From Thalia democratica (lineage: Eukaryota), in NCBI GenBank assembly GCA_965202585.1, contig OZ241833.1, forward strand, positions 47,554,001-47,618,000: a DNA stretch of 64,000 nt. The letters run 5' to 3'. The notes beneath the pieces are model-generated. The model was not told the DNA's origin and searched no databases. It saw only the letters and a program-made list of their open reading frames with translations. Position numbers and translations under genes: made by a program. Below, piece by piece: positions 12,664 through 24,150 of the stretch (positions are counted from its first letter, which is position 1; every line of letters starts with the position of its first letter).

Positions 12664-14184
12664 TTTTTAGACTAATTCAACATTTTTTTATTTTATAGTT
12701 TTTTATTTTGCTTTAATTTTTAAGAACTAGGGCAAGTAGCGTTGTTCGTTAATAAAAATTACTTATTTTCCTACATTGTCCTAGCGAAAAGAATGAAGAA
12801 GAGTAAAATGTGATTCTCTTCTAACCAAAAGGAAGAGTAGATTAAAGTGAGGTTCTCTTTTAAAATGGTAGGAAGAAGAAGTCTAATGGAATACCAGTTT
12901 AACTGTAATGTGTTAGTTGAACATCAAATATTATAAAACCAATCAACCAAAAAGTAAGTTGATCTGAAATAAGTTTACATTTTTAATATAAAGCTATAAA
13001 AACCAGCCACAGTGTAATTGCAGTGATATTCTAGTCAGTCAAGACCTTACAGATTAACTTCATATCTCAACATGTTTGTTACTTTATTGTTCATTGTGAA
13101 GTTATTTTTTAATTAATGTTTGTTAGTTATAATTGATTTTTTTGTTTAAATTCCAAGCAGATAACTCTTAATTTAATTAAATATTGTTATAGTTAATAAT
13201 ATATTCCTATTAGATTTAACTTCTGTGTAAAAGTTTTGACAACATTAACAATATTTTCTAAAGTATTACATCTTTTATTTTTTAGTGTTTGATATGTTCT
13301 TTAATATATAAACATAACGACCAAAAGTCATTCCTAGCTTTCACAAGTAGCATTAAATGTCTTTAGATATCATTTAGTTCTTAGTATATTTCAAGTTTAG
13401 TTATGGTTTTTAGTTTGGTCCTACACTCTAAACTATAACCTTACAACTTAAAGTTGTTTTCAACACTATTGAGTTGAGTTTTTAAAAGTATTACAAATTT
13501 GTAAGAATTTAAAACATGGTTTGCCAAACTAAGCCAAGTTGCTCCCTTCGGAGAATGGACAGCAAAGAAATTATAGAAATTTAGGAAACCATGGGCAGCA
13601 AAAGGGATAAAGGGGGGGGGGGGGCACATGGGGGTCTATGCGGTCATAAATTGGGACTTAAACTAGATAATTTGAATTTGATGATCAAAAGCAATAAAAA
13701 ACTGGTCATGGGCGATTTTTAAAGGTAACATTAAACTTATACTAGATTTTATAGGAAAAATTTAGGAAATTTAGGGAGACAAAAGTTGTAGAAGGGATAG
13801 CCACAAGGTCAAAACTTGAAATTCACTCACTTACACTAGATATTTTGAGTTGATAATAAAGATCAATAAAAAGGTCTTATGCATTTTTAATGATAGTTTT
13901 TTATGAAATCTATAAAAGAGGAATAAAAAAAAAAGATTTGGAAACCTTGATTTAATAAAAAAACATATGTTATATTTATAGTTTAACATTATTTTTGTCT
14001 TTGATTAGTGCATTTAGAATAGTGTTGAAATCTGCTGAGACAATATAAGAAAATATGTTAAGTAAATACATTATTTTTGAATAATTAAACTAACCTATAG
14101 TAATTTAGATTTAAAATAAATTGAAAAGCTTTATTTTCAACGAATGAATATTTTTAAAGGAAATATATTTTAAGTCATACAAAA

Positions 14185-14859
14185 ATGGATTTTGAATGCA
14201 GTATATGTTTAGATAATTTGTTTTCAGTAAACACTGATGTTTCTGTTACGCAATGTGGTCATGTTTACCATAAATCTTGTTTAGAAAATGCAACGCAGAT
14301 TAACAAAAGATGTCCAATATGTAATACTGAAAACATAAACGTTGTAAAGACCATATATCCAAATGTCTATAAAGAACTCAATTATAGTTGCTGTTCAAAA
14401 GATACAAAAGAATTTATTGAAGAAATTTAAGACAACGAAAGAGAAAAAAGAGTAATATTTCTAAATATGATTAAGAAACTAGACAAAGAAAACACAAGTC
14501 TAAAAGAAACTAATACAAATTATCAAAACAACCTTAAAAGTGTTAAAGTGTTTCTACAATGCTTCAAGAAAGATATTAAAAACCTGAAAATAAAAAACGG
14601 ACTAATCACATCAGAGAAGAATATCTTGTTATCTGAAATAAGAAAGTTTGACAATGGCAATGAAAACGTAACCGAAATGTTAAATGTCAAGTATGGAAAA
14701 CAAATTGAGCAAGATTATCGTAATGATAATCTTTCTGGCGAAAACTTTTATGATTAATGTAATGATAGTTGTTGTAGCGATGAAACTTATTTTTCTTGTA
14801 ATGATGATTGTTCCAGATGTAAAGAATCTTTTGTAAATAAAGGTTCGTTAGATTTGTAA
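14185..14859 (+). pseudogene. RING-H2 finger + coiled-coil (TRAIP-like architecture) E3-ligase gene with two in-frame stops
   Basis: CSIC...CGHVYHKSC...CPIC (C3H2C3) at the N-terminus. ORFs 14185..14430 and 14467..14757 are the same frame, separated by one TAA (14428-14430). A second TAA (14755-14757) precedes a Cys/Asp-rich tail ending at 14859. A possible phase-1 intron 14843-15061 leads to a further exon at 15062. Confidence 0.8.
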
Positions 14860-15193
14860 ATATATATAAAAAATACTTATTTTAAATTTTTACTTAGCAT
14901 TTTTTAGTACATCACACCTAGTTATTGATTACTAATAACATAAGTCTAATAGCCGCTTTTATTAATAATAGTTTTGATTTTGTAATTAAATGATTTTTTG
15001 TAAGCAAAATAACTTTTGATTATTAATATGTTTCTCTATTTTTTCTTAACAATTTTTACAGAATTTAATAGCAGTAACGAGAATGACTCTGGTGAAAAGA
15101 ACAACAAACTGCAAAGTTTTGATGACAAACTGAATATAAGTTTACTTGATAAATATTTAAAAAAGAGTATTTTACACGAAGTAAAAGAATGTT

Positions 15194-16855
15194 ATGTCAC
15201 CAGTGACGATGGTGTCCTTGTCATAACGGTGAGCGATGACGTCACGAAAGTGAGTCTGGCGTTCTACGAGGATGACGTCAAAGTTGGTGAGGAGAATGTG
15301 TTCGAGAGTTTGAACGCCGTGAACAGGATCAGACTGTACCCCCTCATGCCAGTTTGTTTAAGTTTATATAAGATAAATTTAAGGTAAAAAGCTAGTTATT
15401 GAAAGCATCAAAATGTTATATGTATTTAGAACAAAAACAATCTGTATTTTTAAATGCTACTGTACATTTTCCCGTTTCACTTCTAACTCATGCAAGGTGT
15501 TGAGTAAAAAATATTTTATAAAACACATGAAAGTTATTATTACCTTCAAGTTTTTTTTTAATAAACGTGGACAAAAGAATGCATTTTTATGTCTTTATTG
15601 TAAAATTAATATTTGTCTCACTGCTTAAGCTGGCTAATCACTACTTCAGTTTTTAGTTTCAAGTTAATCAAACTGTTCTACTCAAGTCTTGCATCAATAA
15701 AGACAACTTTTAAATGTTTATACAGAGACCTCATACAAGATGGTTGCCAAATTTTACTTCAAAGACAACCGAGTCCGCTCCAAAGAAGTCTCCTTCATGA
15801 CGCAAAAGAAACTACAAGTTGAAATGTCAACTGAGCAACCATCAACAGTTTAAATGTCAACCGAAGGCACAACAGTTTAAATGACAACAAACCAAATAAC
15901 AACTCAAGGAGAAATGATCTTCGACCTGTCGGTTGAAAACGTCACCGATAGCAGCGCAGTAATACTGATGACAAATAGCAATGACGTCAGAGCTGTTGAC
16001 GTCATATTCGCGTCATCGGTGCTTCCCCAGCCCATCAGGCAACGACTAACGATGTTCAAGAAAGTTAACGTGTTCCGGTCCACATAGTTGCCTCCCGGTA
16101 AGGTTTTGATTTGTTTAGTTTAATTTTAAAAAATACATTCTGTACGTATACTATTGTATTAATCATTAGTTATATATTAGCTACCTTTGTAAAAAAAACT
16201 CATTTTTAGGGCACTTTACAGAAGTTAGAACTTAAATGTACGCTAAAAAAATTAAAAGCGTAAAACTTTACACACTACTCTTGCATTTTTAAACAATGGT
16301 CAATTTTTAATAAATAAAATTTACGTAAAATAACTCTATTTTTCTAAACATTAAAAAAGATAAATTCGAGGTGTTAAATTCAAATTTTCAAGTTTTTATA
16401 AAAGTATATATTTTATATATATTTTTTTATTCCTAAAGGTACTCTTTACAATGTCGACGATGTAGGTGAATTTTTTGACGAAAGTTTCCAGAGAAGAACA
16501 ATAGAGTTCAACACTTTTGAAGGTAATAATGCATTTTAGACGTCTGTTCTCTGTCTTTATTATTTTTATTCACTTATTTTTGTTAGACACATTACCATTA
16601 TTGTTTTTTTTAACTTGGTTTTTTTTAGATAAGTCACTTTTGATTATGACGTCACAACCAAGATGACCATCACATTCTACTTCTTGTTGCGCGAAGTGAG
16701 GTCATCAATGGTGAAAAATTTCTTGAAGTCGAGTGATGACGTCGTGAGGTACGTCGTCAAGCTGGCGATGGTCAGTGATGACGTCACGGACGAGAGAAAG
16801 GAGAACGTGATCGGCAGGGAGATAGAGGAGATGCTCTTCCAACTCACTATGCTTG
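15194..16855 (+). pseudogene. Inverted, decayed partial copy 1 of the giant gene (homologue of exons at 45.4-43.5 kb)
   Basis: Four exon copies: ~15194-15351, 15726-16098, 16439-16522, ~16630-16855. They match minus-strand exons 45492-45229, 44849-44478, 44093-44010 and 43799-43506. GAA>TAA at 15851 and 15878, a TAG near 16085, and a 1-nt loss at the first donor. Confidence 0.92.
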
Positions 16856-16998
16856 CTATGTCAAGGTGACCTTGAAGTATATTTTTATATTTTAGGAGAC
16901 TTAAGACTGTCAACAACAACTTCAAAAGATTTATTTTTAAAGCTTTTTGAAAAAAGAAAATGCATTGCGTACTTAAAGTTGAAAGTTATGGTATACTA

Positions 16999-17660
16999 TC
17001 AAAATCCACCCGCGTTCAAAATCCACCCGATCAAAATCCACCCGCATTCAAAATCAACCCGATCAAAATCCACCCGGTTCAAAATCCACCCGATCAAAAT
17101 CCACCCGGGTCAAAATCCACCCGATCAAAATCCACCCGAGTCAAAATCTACCCGATCAAAATCAACCCGAGTCAAAATCCACCCGATCAAAACCAACCCG
17201 GTTCAAAATCCATCCGATCAAAATCCACCCGATCAAAATCCACCCGAGTTAAAATCCACCCGATTAAAATCCACCCGGTTCAAAATCCACCCGATCAAAA
17301 TCAACCCGACTCTAAATCCACCCGTTTCAAAATCCACCCGATCAAAATCCACCCGATCAAAATCCACCCGGTTCAAAATCCACCCGATCAAAATCCACCC
17401 GGTTCAAAATCCACCCTATCAAAATCAACCCAACTCTAAATCCACCCGTTTCAAAATCCACCCGATCAAAATCCACCCGGTTTAAAATCCACTCGATCAA
17501 AATCAACCCGAGTCAAAATCCACCCGATCAAAATCCACCCGATCAAAATCCACCCGAGTCAAAAACCACCCGATCAAAATTCATCCGAGTTAAAATCAAC
17601 CCGAGTCAAAATCCTACCGACACAAAATCAACCAAAGTCTAAATCCAACCGAATCGAAAC
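16999..17660 (+). repeat. Left arm tandem array of TCAAAATCCACCCG(A/GT), roughly 40 units
   Basis: Seen directly; decays toward the interior. Confidence 0.95.
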
Positions 17661-19746
17661 AAGCACCTTGTTTATTTATTTCTTTTTAATTCAAGTATCA
17701 TTTAAACAAATCTCACCACTCTAAAGTACCAATCTTAAACAAGTTTTATTCAAAAAACACTTATAAAGTCTTGTATTTTTGTCCCTTATAAATTGACTTA
17801 AGAATATAAAAACTGTACTACAGATTGAACTTATTTTGTGAGGTTTTTTGAGTTGTTATTTGGTATATTTGCTTATTATAAGGAATTTTTGACAAAAATT
17901 ATTTTGTTTTTTTGATTACTGAATATAATTTTGAATAGCTACAGCCGGCAAGCAAATTAAAAGTTTTAGATTAGACAATTTTAAATTTAAAATTTAAACG
18001 TTAACCAAAAGAGATTAAATTTTATAAAACCACTCAATTAATCACTTTCAAAACTGGCCTTAACCTATTAATAAAATTAATAATACGATTGTTTAAGTTG
18101 ATACAGTCTGGTACAAAAATTTATAAAAATAACTTATACTTGAATTTAAACTCTCTTGTCTGAAATACATACTTTTTTTAATGAACCTATGTAAAAATAG
18201 AACATTTTAATAATAAATTAAAAATGTTATAAGTTTTTTTTCGTAATATTTGTTATAAATATAGTGTCATTTCTAAAAAACTCAACTTATTTGTTTACTA
18301 CTACAATTCTAAAGTATATAATTTCCCTAGCTCAAGTCTAACTACTAACTTTTTTAGTTGCAATTTACAAGCTATTTGAGCAAACTCAATGAATTGTAGA
18401 GTCGATATTTGTTTTATGTAAAGGACTTTAGAATTCATAGAAAAATGTTTAGCTTTTTAATTTGTACTATTAGTTAAAAACTAGCAAATTAAGTTGTTAT
18501 CTAATTAAAAATAACTTATAACTTTAGTTACTTTAGACGAAACTATTTTTAGTTTTTTCAAAAATAGATGGTTTATAAAAAAAACATTTAATAAAATAAA
18601 ATTCAATTAACTTAAACACTTTGAAAAAAAGATAATAGCAGCTAAAATTATTGTATAAATTAAAAAAAATAACTAAAAAATATTTGTAACAAAAATTAGA
18701 TAGAAAACAATAAAATTGTTTTAAAACTGTTATTGATTTCTTACATATTCCTCATTTATATTTTTAGTAAATTAGTTTTCGTATTTTTATATTAAAATTT
18801 ATGTTCTGTTTTTAAAAATACTAATAAAAGAAACGTCAATAAATTGTTTACTAAACGACAAATAAAAGCGCTCAAAATATTTGGTCCTAATTCCTCTTGC
18901 ACGAACATACCTTAAAGTTATCGAGTCGCACACCAAAAATATCTTTTAACGTCTTTTCCACGTCAAAAACAATAATGTTTAAAATATAATTAATAGGTGA
19001 TAGTTTTTCCAAATTTAACAAAGGATTTTTATTTTATTATCACGTAGCAATTTTATATTATTCTTTATCTATATTTTATTTTTTATAAACACTGTTAGTT
19101 GAAATTTTTTATATAATAAAATATTGTATGTAATACTATTTTGAAATTTAAGTAAAGCACAAAACACAAAACTTTTTACATCAAAAAAAAAAAGCTCAAA
19201 AATTTTAGATTAATATTTTAATTTTCTTTTTGTAACATTTAATTAACATTTTCCATAAATTTACATTATTTGGTATTTGATTTTTGTAATTTTCTTTAGC
19301 TTAATAAATGTTATTAAAGATTCTTCTAATTTATAAACTTCTATAGTTTGGATATTTTAATTTACTATGAGTTATCCTTAGTAAATATTTTTATTTAATT
19401 ATGATTGACTTTGGGAAATTAAATTAGAAGGAAGTTTAAATGGATTGAAACTGAGCGTAATTCTTTTTTTATTTTTTTAACTTCTTTTTTTAAAAGTAAC
19501 ACCAACACTACTAACATTAATAAATTACAAACACTTTAAATACTTGTAAAGCTACTATGAATTTTTTTTTTAATGCTGTTTAATTATATTGTTTAACTTA
19601 TTTTTTTAATTATTTTATTAAATAAATTAAAATTTCTTTCTTTATAAATACTTACACTTTTTTATACCAATAGTTGTTTAAACATATAACTTTATTCAAT
19701 ATTACAAAATTCTATTAGAAATTAATTCTTATTTCGAAAAAAAATG

Positions 19747-20262
19747 AACTCGGGTTGATTTTGATCGGGTGGATTTTGAACCGGGTGGATTTTGAACCGG
19801 TTGGAGTTTGATCGGGTGGATTTTGACTCGGGTTGATTTTGATCGGGTTGATTTTAATCGGGTGGATTTTGAACCGGGTTAATTTTGAACGGGTGGATTT
19901 TGAACGGGTGGATTTTGACTCGGGTGGATTTTGACTCGGGTTGATTTTGATCGGGTTGATTTTAACCGGGTGGATTTTGAACCGGGTTGATTTTGATCGG
20001 GTGGATTTTGAACCGGGTTGATTTTGAACGGGTGGATTTTGACTCGGGTGGATTTTGACTCGGATGGATTTTGATCGGGTGGATTTTGACCCGGGTGGAT
20101 TTTGATCGGGTGGATTTTGAACCGGGTAGATTTTGATCGGGTGGATTTTGACCCGGGTGGATTTTGATCGGGTGGATTTTGACTCGGGTGGATTTTGATA
20201 GGGTGGATTTTGATCGGGTGGATTTTGATCGCGGGTGGATTTTGATTGCGGGTGGATTTTGA
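19747..20262 (-). repeat. Right arm tandem array of (T/AC)CGGGTGGATTTTGA, inverted relative to the left arm
   Basis: Seen directly; exact reverse complement of the left-arm unit. Confidence 0.95.
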
Positions 20263-22319
20263 ACGTGTCCCGAAAGTTATATAGAACTTGTTCTTAATTA
20301 AAATTCATAAAAATCGAATATAAAGTAATTACAAATGAACTCTTGCTGTAATCTGTATATAAAATCTTTAAATTTCAAGTTTTAACTATACCAATCAACT
20401 CAGCTGTTTTAGTTTTTGTAAAAACTATTATCAAAATTGCCTTTTTTGTGGTAAAAAAGTCTTCTGAGTGACCTTTAATTGTTCTAAGTCAACCTGAGTT
20501 TTTTCAGTCCTTAAAAAAGTTTTTATTAAATTACAAAATTACTAAAAATCTAGAATTCAAGAAAAATTGCTTATAAAATAACAAATTATTGCAGCAAAAA
20601 CTAATACAAAATCTAAAAAATACTGTCCTGAGATTTTTTTTTAATCTTAAAAATATCATAGGAATTTACTAACGAAACAAATCTATGCTAATTAAGACTG
20701 AGTTTTGCTTGCTGGTTAAGACAAAACTTCAAAATACCCTGAGTATTATGATTTCAAAAATCGTTAAGTTTTATCTATCAATTTTTAAAACCAAACCTAT
20801 AAAAAACATAATGACTTTTATAACCAGAATATACAAACATACTAGTTTCAGGGTGACCACATATTAATAAAAATACTTACTAGATTTCCTGATTTCTTTA
20901 AGAATATTAATTTCCAGGTTTTGTGTGATTTTTATTCTTATGTATAAATAAAATAAAAGAAAAGACAAAGTTTTTAGGATTAAAAAGTGGCCTTATAAGT
21001 TCTGCTATGCTACTTTAAATATTGTTGTACGATAAACAAATTCTTATTAGTATAAAATGTTTTTTATCTTTTATTATGAAACGGTTTAAAATTTCAGATT
21101 GTCCAGTTTTTTTGAACAAAAATTTATGTTTTTATTTCTTAAATTAAACTTTTTTATAAAAATATTGACCCTTTAGTTTTACAAAATATTAAAACAGATC
21201 AGTTGAACTTATTGATGAAATAAAAAATTTAAATTACATTATTTTAAAAATGAATATAATTTTTATTAAAAAGAGTACGCTTGTAAAATGGGTTAATGCT
21301 TTTGTGAGTATGTACAATGTTTTTCTTTAAAATAAGGCTTTCAATGATTTCAAAAAAGTGTTTTCCTGAATAAAAATCAATAATAAAACTCTAATTAATT
21401 ATGAAATATTTTTTACCAAAATTTCTCGAGGTGAACTTAGAAGGGGTAATTAAATCAACGATTTTTTATTCCATTGCTAAAGTAAACATTTACAAATACT
21501 TAGGATTTATTACAGAAACTTTTGCAGCAGTTTAACAATTTTTTTTTCAATCTAAAAGTTTATTTTAAATTTTTTAGTTTGTGAAACTTTTTGGGTCTTA
21601 CATATGGTTGACTGATTATAGAATCTAGGCAGTTCTACATTTAAAAATTATAAATTTTTCAAAAGTATATATCGAATCAACTAAAGTTATAAAAGATATT
21701 CGGAGTAAATCATGAACTTAGAAAAACAAAAATTAAAAACAATTATGAGACATTTGAATAAATAAAATATAGAAATAAGTAATTTAACTTTTGGAATTTA
21801 CAAGAATTTATGTTAATAAAAAAAAGTTTTGTAGTAATCAACTTTATAAGAAATAAATAGCTCAAAAAACTAAACCACCTACAAAAAAATAATTTAATAT
21901 GTCTTACGTTAGATTATTCTACCTAATATAGCTAAACCTATAACAATATGACAATTGATGGTAAACAAAATTTTTATATGGCTCCATAAAAAAACATATT
22001 TTAGCTATGGAGTATGTGCAAGCCTAAGTAACTGTTTTATAAGATATTAAGTTAAAAAAACTGCCTAAAATTGTTTTGTAGTTTATGATTTTTTTTTCTT
22101 GAACTTGTTTTTTTAATTCTGCAGCCTTCAAAATAGCATGATGTAACGCTTATTTAAGAAAGTAATTTGACACTGGGTTGACGTATTACTTCTGCCACGA
22201 GTCCACAAAGCTGTCCGAAAAAATCTTATCTTTATATAAATTTATACTTATGGAATTATTATATAATTAATATATTTTTATGATGTATGTAAAATAAAAT
22301 AAATGTGCACAAAAATTTG

Positions 22320-23135
22320 CAATTGTTAATAAATTTGTCTCACTACTTAAACTGGCTCATACTTCAGTTTTTAGTTTCCAGCTAATCAAACTGTTTTACT
22401 CAAGTCTTGCATCAATACAGACAACTTTTAAATGTTTATACAGAGACCTCATACAAGATGGTTGCCAAATTTTACTTCAAAGACAACCGAGTCCGCTCCA
22501 AAGAAGTCTCATTCATGACGCAAAAGAAGTTACAAGTAGAAATGTCAACTGAGCAACCATCAACAGTTTAAATGTCAACCGAAGGCACAACAGTTGAAAT
22601 GACAACTCAAGGAGAAATGATGTTCGAACTTTCGGTTGAAAACGTCATCGATAGCAGCGCAAGCATACTGATGACAACTAGCAATGACGTCAGAGCTGTT
22701 GACGTCATATTCGCGTCATCGGTCCTTCCCCAGCCCATCAGGCAACGACTTACGATGTACAAGAAAGTGAACGTGTTCAGATTCACATCATTGTAAATGT
22801 TATAAGTTATTATCCATTAAAAGACATAAAATGCATTTTTTATCTATAAACTTAAAAAATTGATGATGATCAAGCTTACCATATTCCGATTCAGATCGCT
22901 GCCTACTGGTATAACTTTTATGATAAATTTATTAGTGTAATAGTTACAAAAATTATAATATAATTTCTTTTACTCATATACTAAATATTTTATTTATTTT
23001 TCTTCTATAACTTGCAACAAAGCTAATATTTATGCAAATTAATAGATCTTTCAAAGCATTTAAATGTCTAAAACTGAGGTATTTTCAGTAAAACTTCAAA
23101 CATATTTCATAAAAATTCTTATTCTTGATATGTTC
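22320..23135 (+). pseudogene. Inverted, decayed partial copy 2 of the giant gene (exon 44849-44478 plus both flanking introns)
   Basis: 22446-22796 matches the parent exon. Flanks match the parent introns (e.g. aaaaaattgatgatgatcaag...cgattcagatcgctgcct). TAA at 22569-22571 is shared with copy 1, and the donor site is deleted. Confidence 0.92.
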
Positions 23136-23214
23136 CCAAAAAACCTTTGAAAATAGTAAAAAATTATAATTTTTATACTATGTGTGTTTAAGTTTCTGCT
23201 TGTCTTACTGTTTT

Positions 23215-24150
23215 ACTCCATTACGTATGGTTCATACACACTATACAAGACATTCAAAAAATAATAATTTTGTTATTGAAAGACTTAGAACACAATTTGG
23301 CCTAAACTCCTTCAAGTATTTGGGCCCTAAGTTGTGGTCTAGTGTTGTAGAAATTTTTAAAAACCTAAAAAAAGATCAGTTTAAATATAGTTACAAAAAA
23401 TTCTTGTTGAGCCAGTATACTGAGTAGGTTTAGAGTGCTGTGGTTGAGTATTTTGTGTTGTATGCAGATTTTGATTAATTGCTTTTGGTTGTTATTTTTA
23501 TCTGTTTCTCTTAACATATGTATGGTCAATTTTGTTTGTGTCTACTCTGATCATGATTAGCTGGTTTTGGTCTGTTGATGGGGAAATATATTGTATGGTT
23601 GTGCGTGATTGTTTATTTGCTACTATCCAATTTTTTTTTATAATTATTTTAATTTCAATTTGTTAGCTGTATATATTAATTATTATTGCATAAATATAAG
23701 TTTTTTTTCTTCTTCTTACTTTTATTAGACTAAAATTAATTCCACCAATACAAGTTTCAGAAACTACATTTTTCTTAATAGTTTTTATTTATGTTTTATT
23801 TATTTTATTTTTATTTGTTGTTTTTTTCTGATTTAGCTTAATTTTTAGATTTTTTTTCTTAGTACCATTTTAGTAAATTAGATAGTTATCAAGCTTTAAG
23901 ATAGTTTTTAATACTAATGTATTCATTATAATTCTAGTTTTATGCATTTGCTCAACAACTGATTGTGAGTTCACTATGGTGGCGGTAATCACATGATCGG
24001 ATTGCTGGTGTGATTTTTTTGTTGTAGCGCCGGTGAACACTTACTTGGGGATTTGAGCTTCATGATATTCTCACACTTTGTGGTTTTTAGTGTTGAGATT
24101 TTAGCCTTGTGAGTGTTCTCCAAATAGCGTGTCACCAAGGGCTTTTTTTA
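23215..24150 (+). mobile_element. 5'-truncated CR1/L2-type LINE: extreme C-terminus of ORF2 plus probable 3' UTR
   Basis: ORF 23182..23427 contains HTHYTRHSKNNNFVIERLRTQFGLNSFKYLGPKLWSS...FKYSYKKFLL, matching the H-x-Y-x-T-R...R-T...F...G-x-K-L-W-N...F-K motif that ends CR1/L2 reverse transcriptases. A hairpin-like tract lies near 24068-24100. The right boundary is uncertain. Confidence 0.75.

Larger units (their letters stand above)
10588..13445 (+). mobile_element. Possible decayed non-autonomous LTR retroelement (two diverged ~550-bp direct repeats)
   Basis: Direct repeats 10588-11122 (TGTAA...TTACA) and 12882-13445 (TCTAA...TTACA), visibly diverged. Copy 1 has a TATA-like tatataaa (~10703) and AATAAA (~10819). 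A purine tract aggaagaagaag lies just before copy 2. No TSD, PBS or internal ORF found. Confidence 0.5.
16990..20271. mobile_element. Foldback / Mutator-like (MULE) non-autonomous DNA transposon, 3,282 bp, with long modular TIRs
   Basis: 9-bp TSD GAAAGTTAT at 16981-16989 and 20272-20280. Termini GGTATACTATCAAAATCC versus (reverse complement) GGGACACGTTCAAAATCC. Arms are inverted arrays of a 15-16-bp unit. The AT-rich interior has no long ORF. Confidence 0.9.

Noticed and set aside
13600-13640. G-run (G13 plus GGG and GGGGG), a potential G-quadruplex, and ORF 13441..13629
   Set aside because: A single homopolymer tract, probably part of a repeat remnant; the ORF is low-complexity.
16853-17485. 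ORFs 16853..17485 and 16960..17439 (KIHPI / QNPPD / SKSTR repeats)
   Set aside because: They are translations of the 15-bp transposon arm array, which lacks stop codons; not genes.
18880-18975. Possible transposase remnant inside the Foldback element (minus strand FDVEKTLKDIFG)
   Set aside because: Too short and interrupted by stops; resemblance to a MULE motif is not distinguishable from chance without a profile search.
16999-20262. CRISPR-like appearance of the regular short repeats
   Set aside because: Units are head-to-tail with no unique spacers, the context is eukaryotic, and there are no cas genes.
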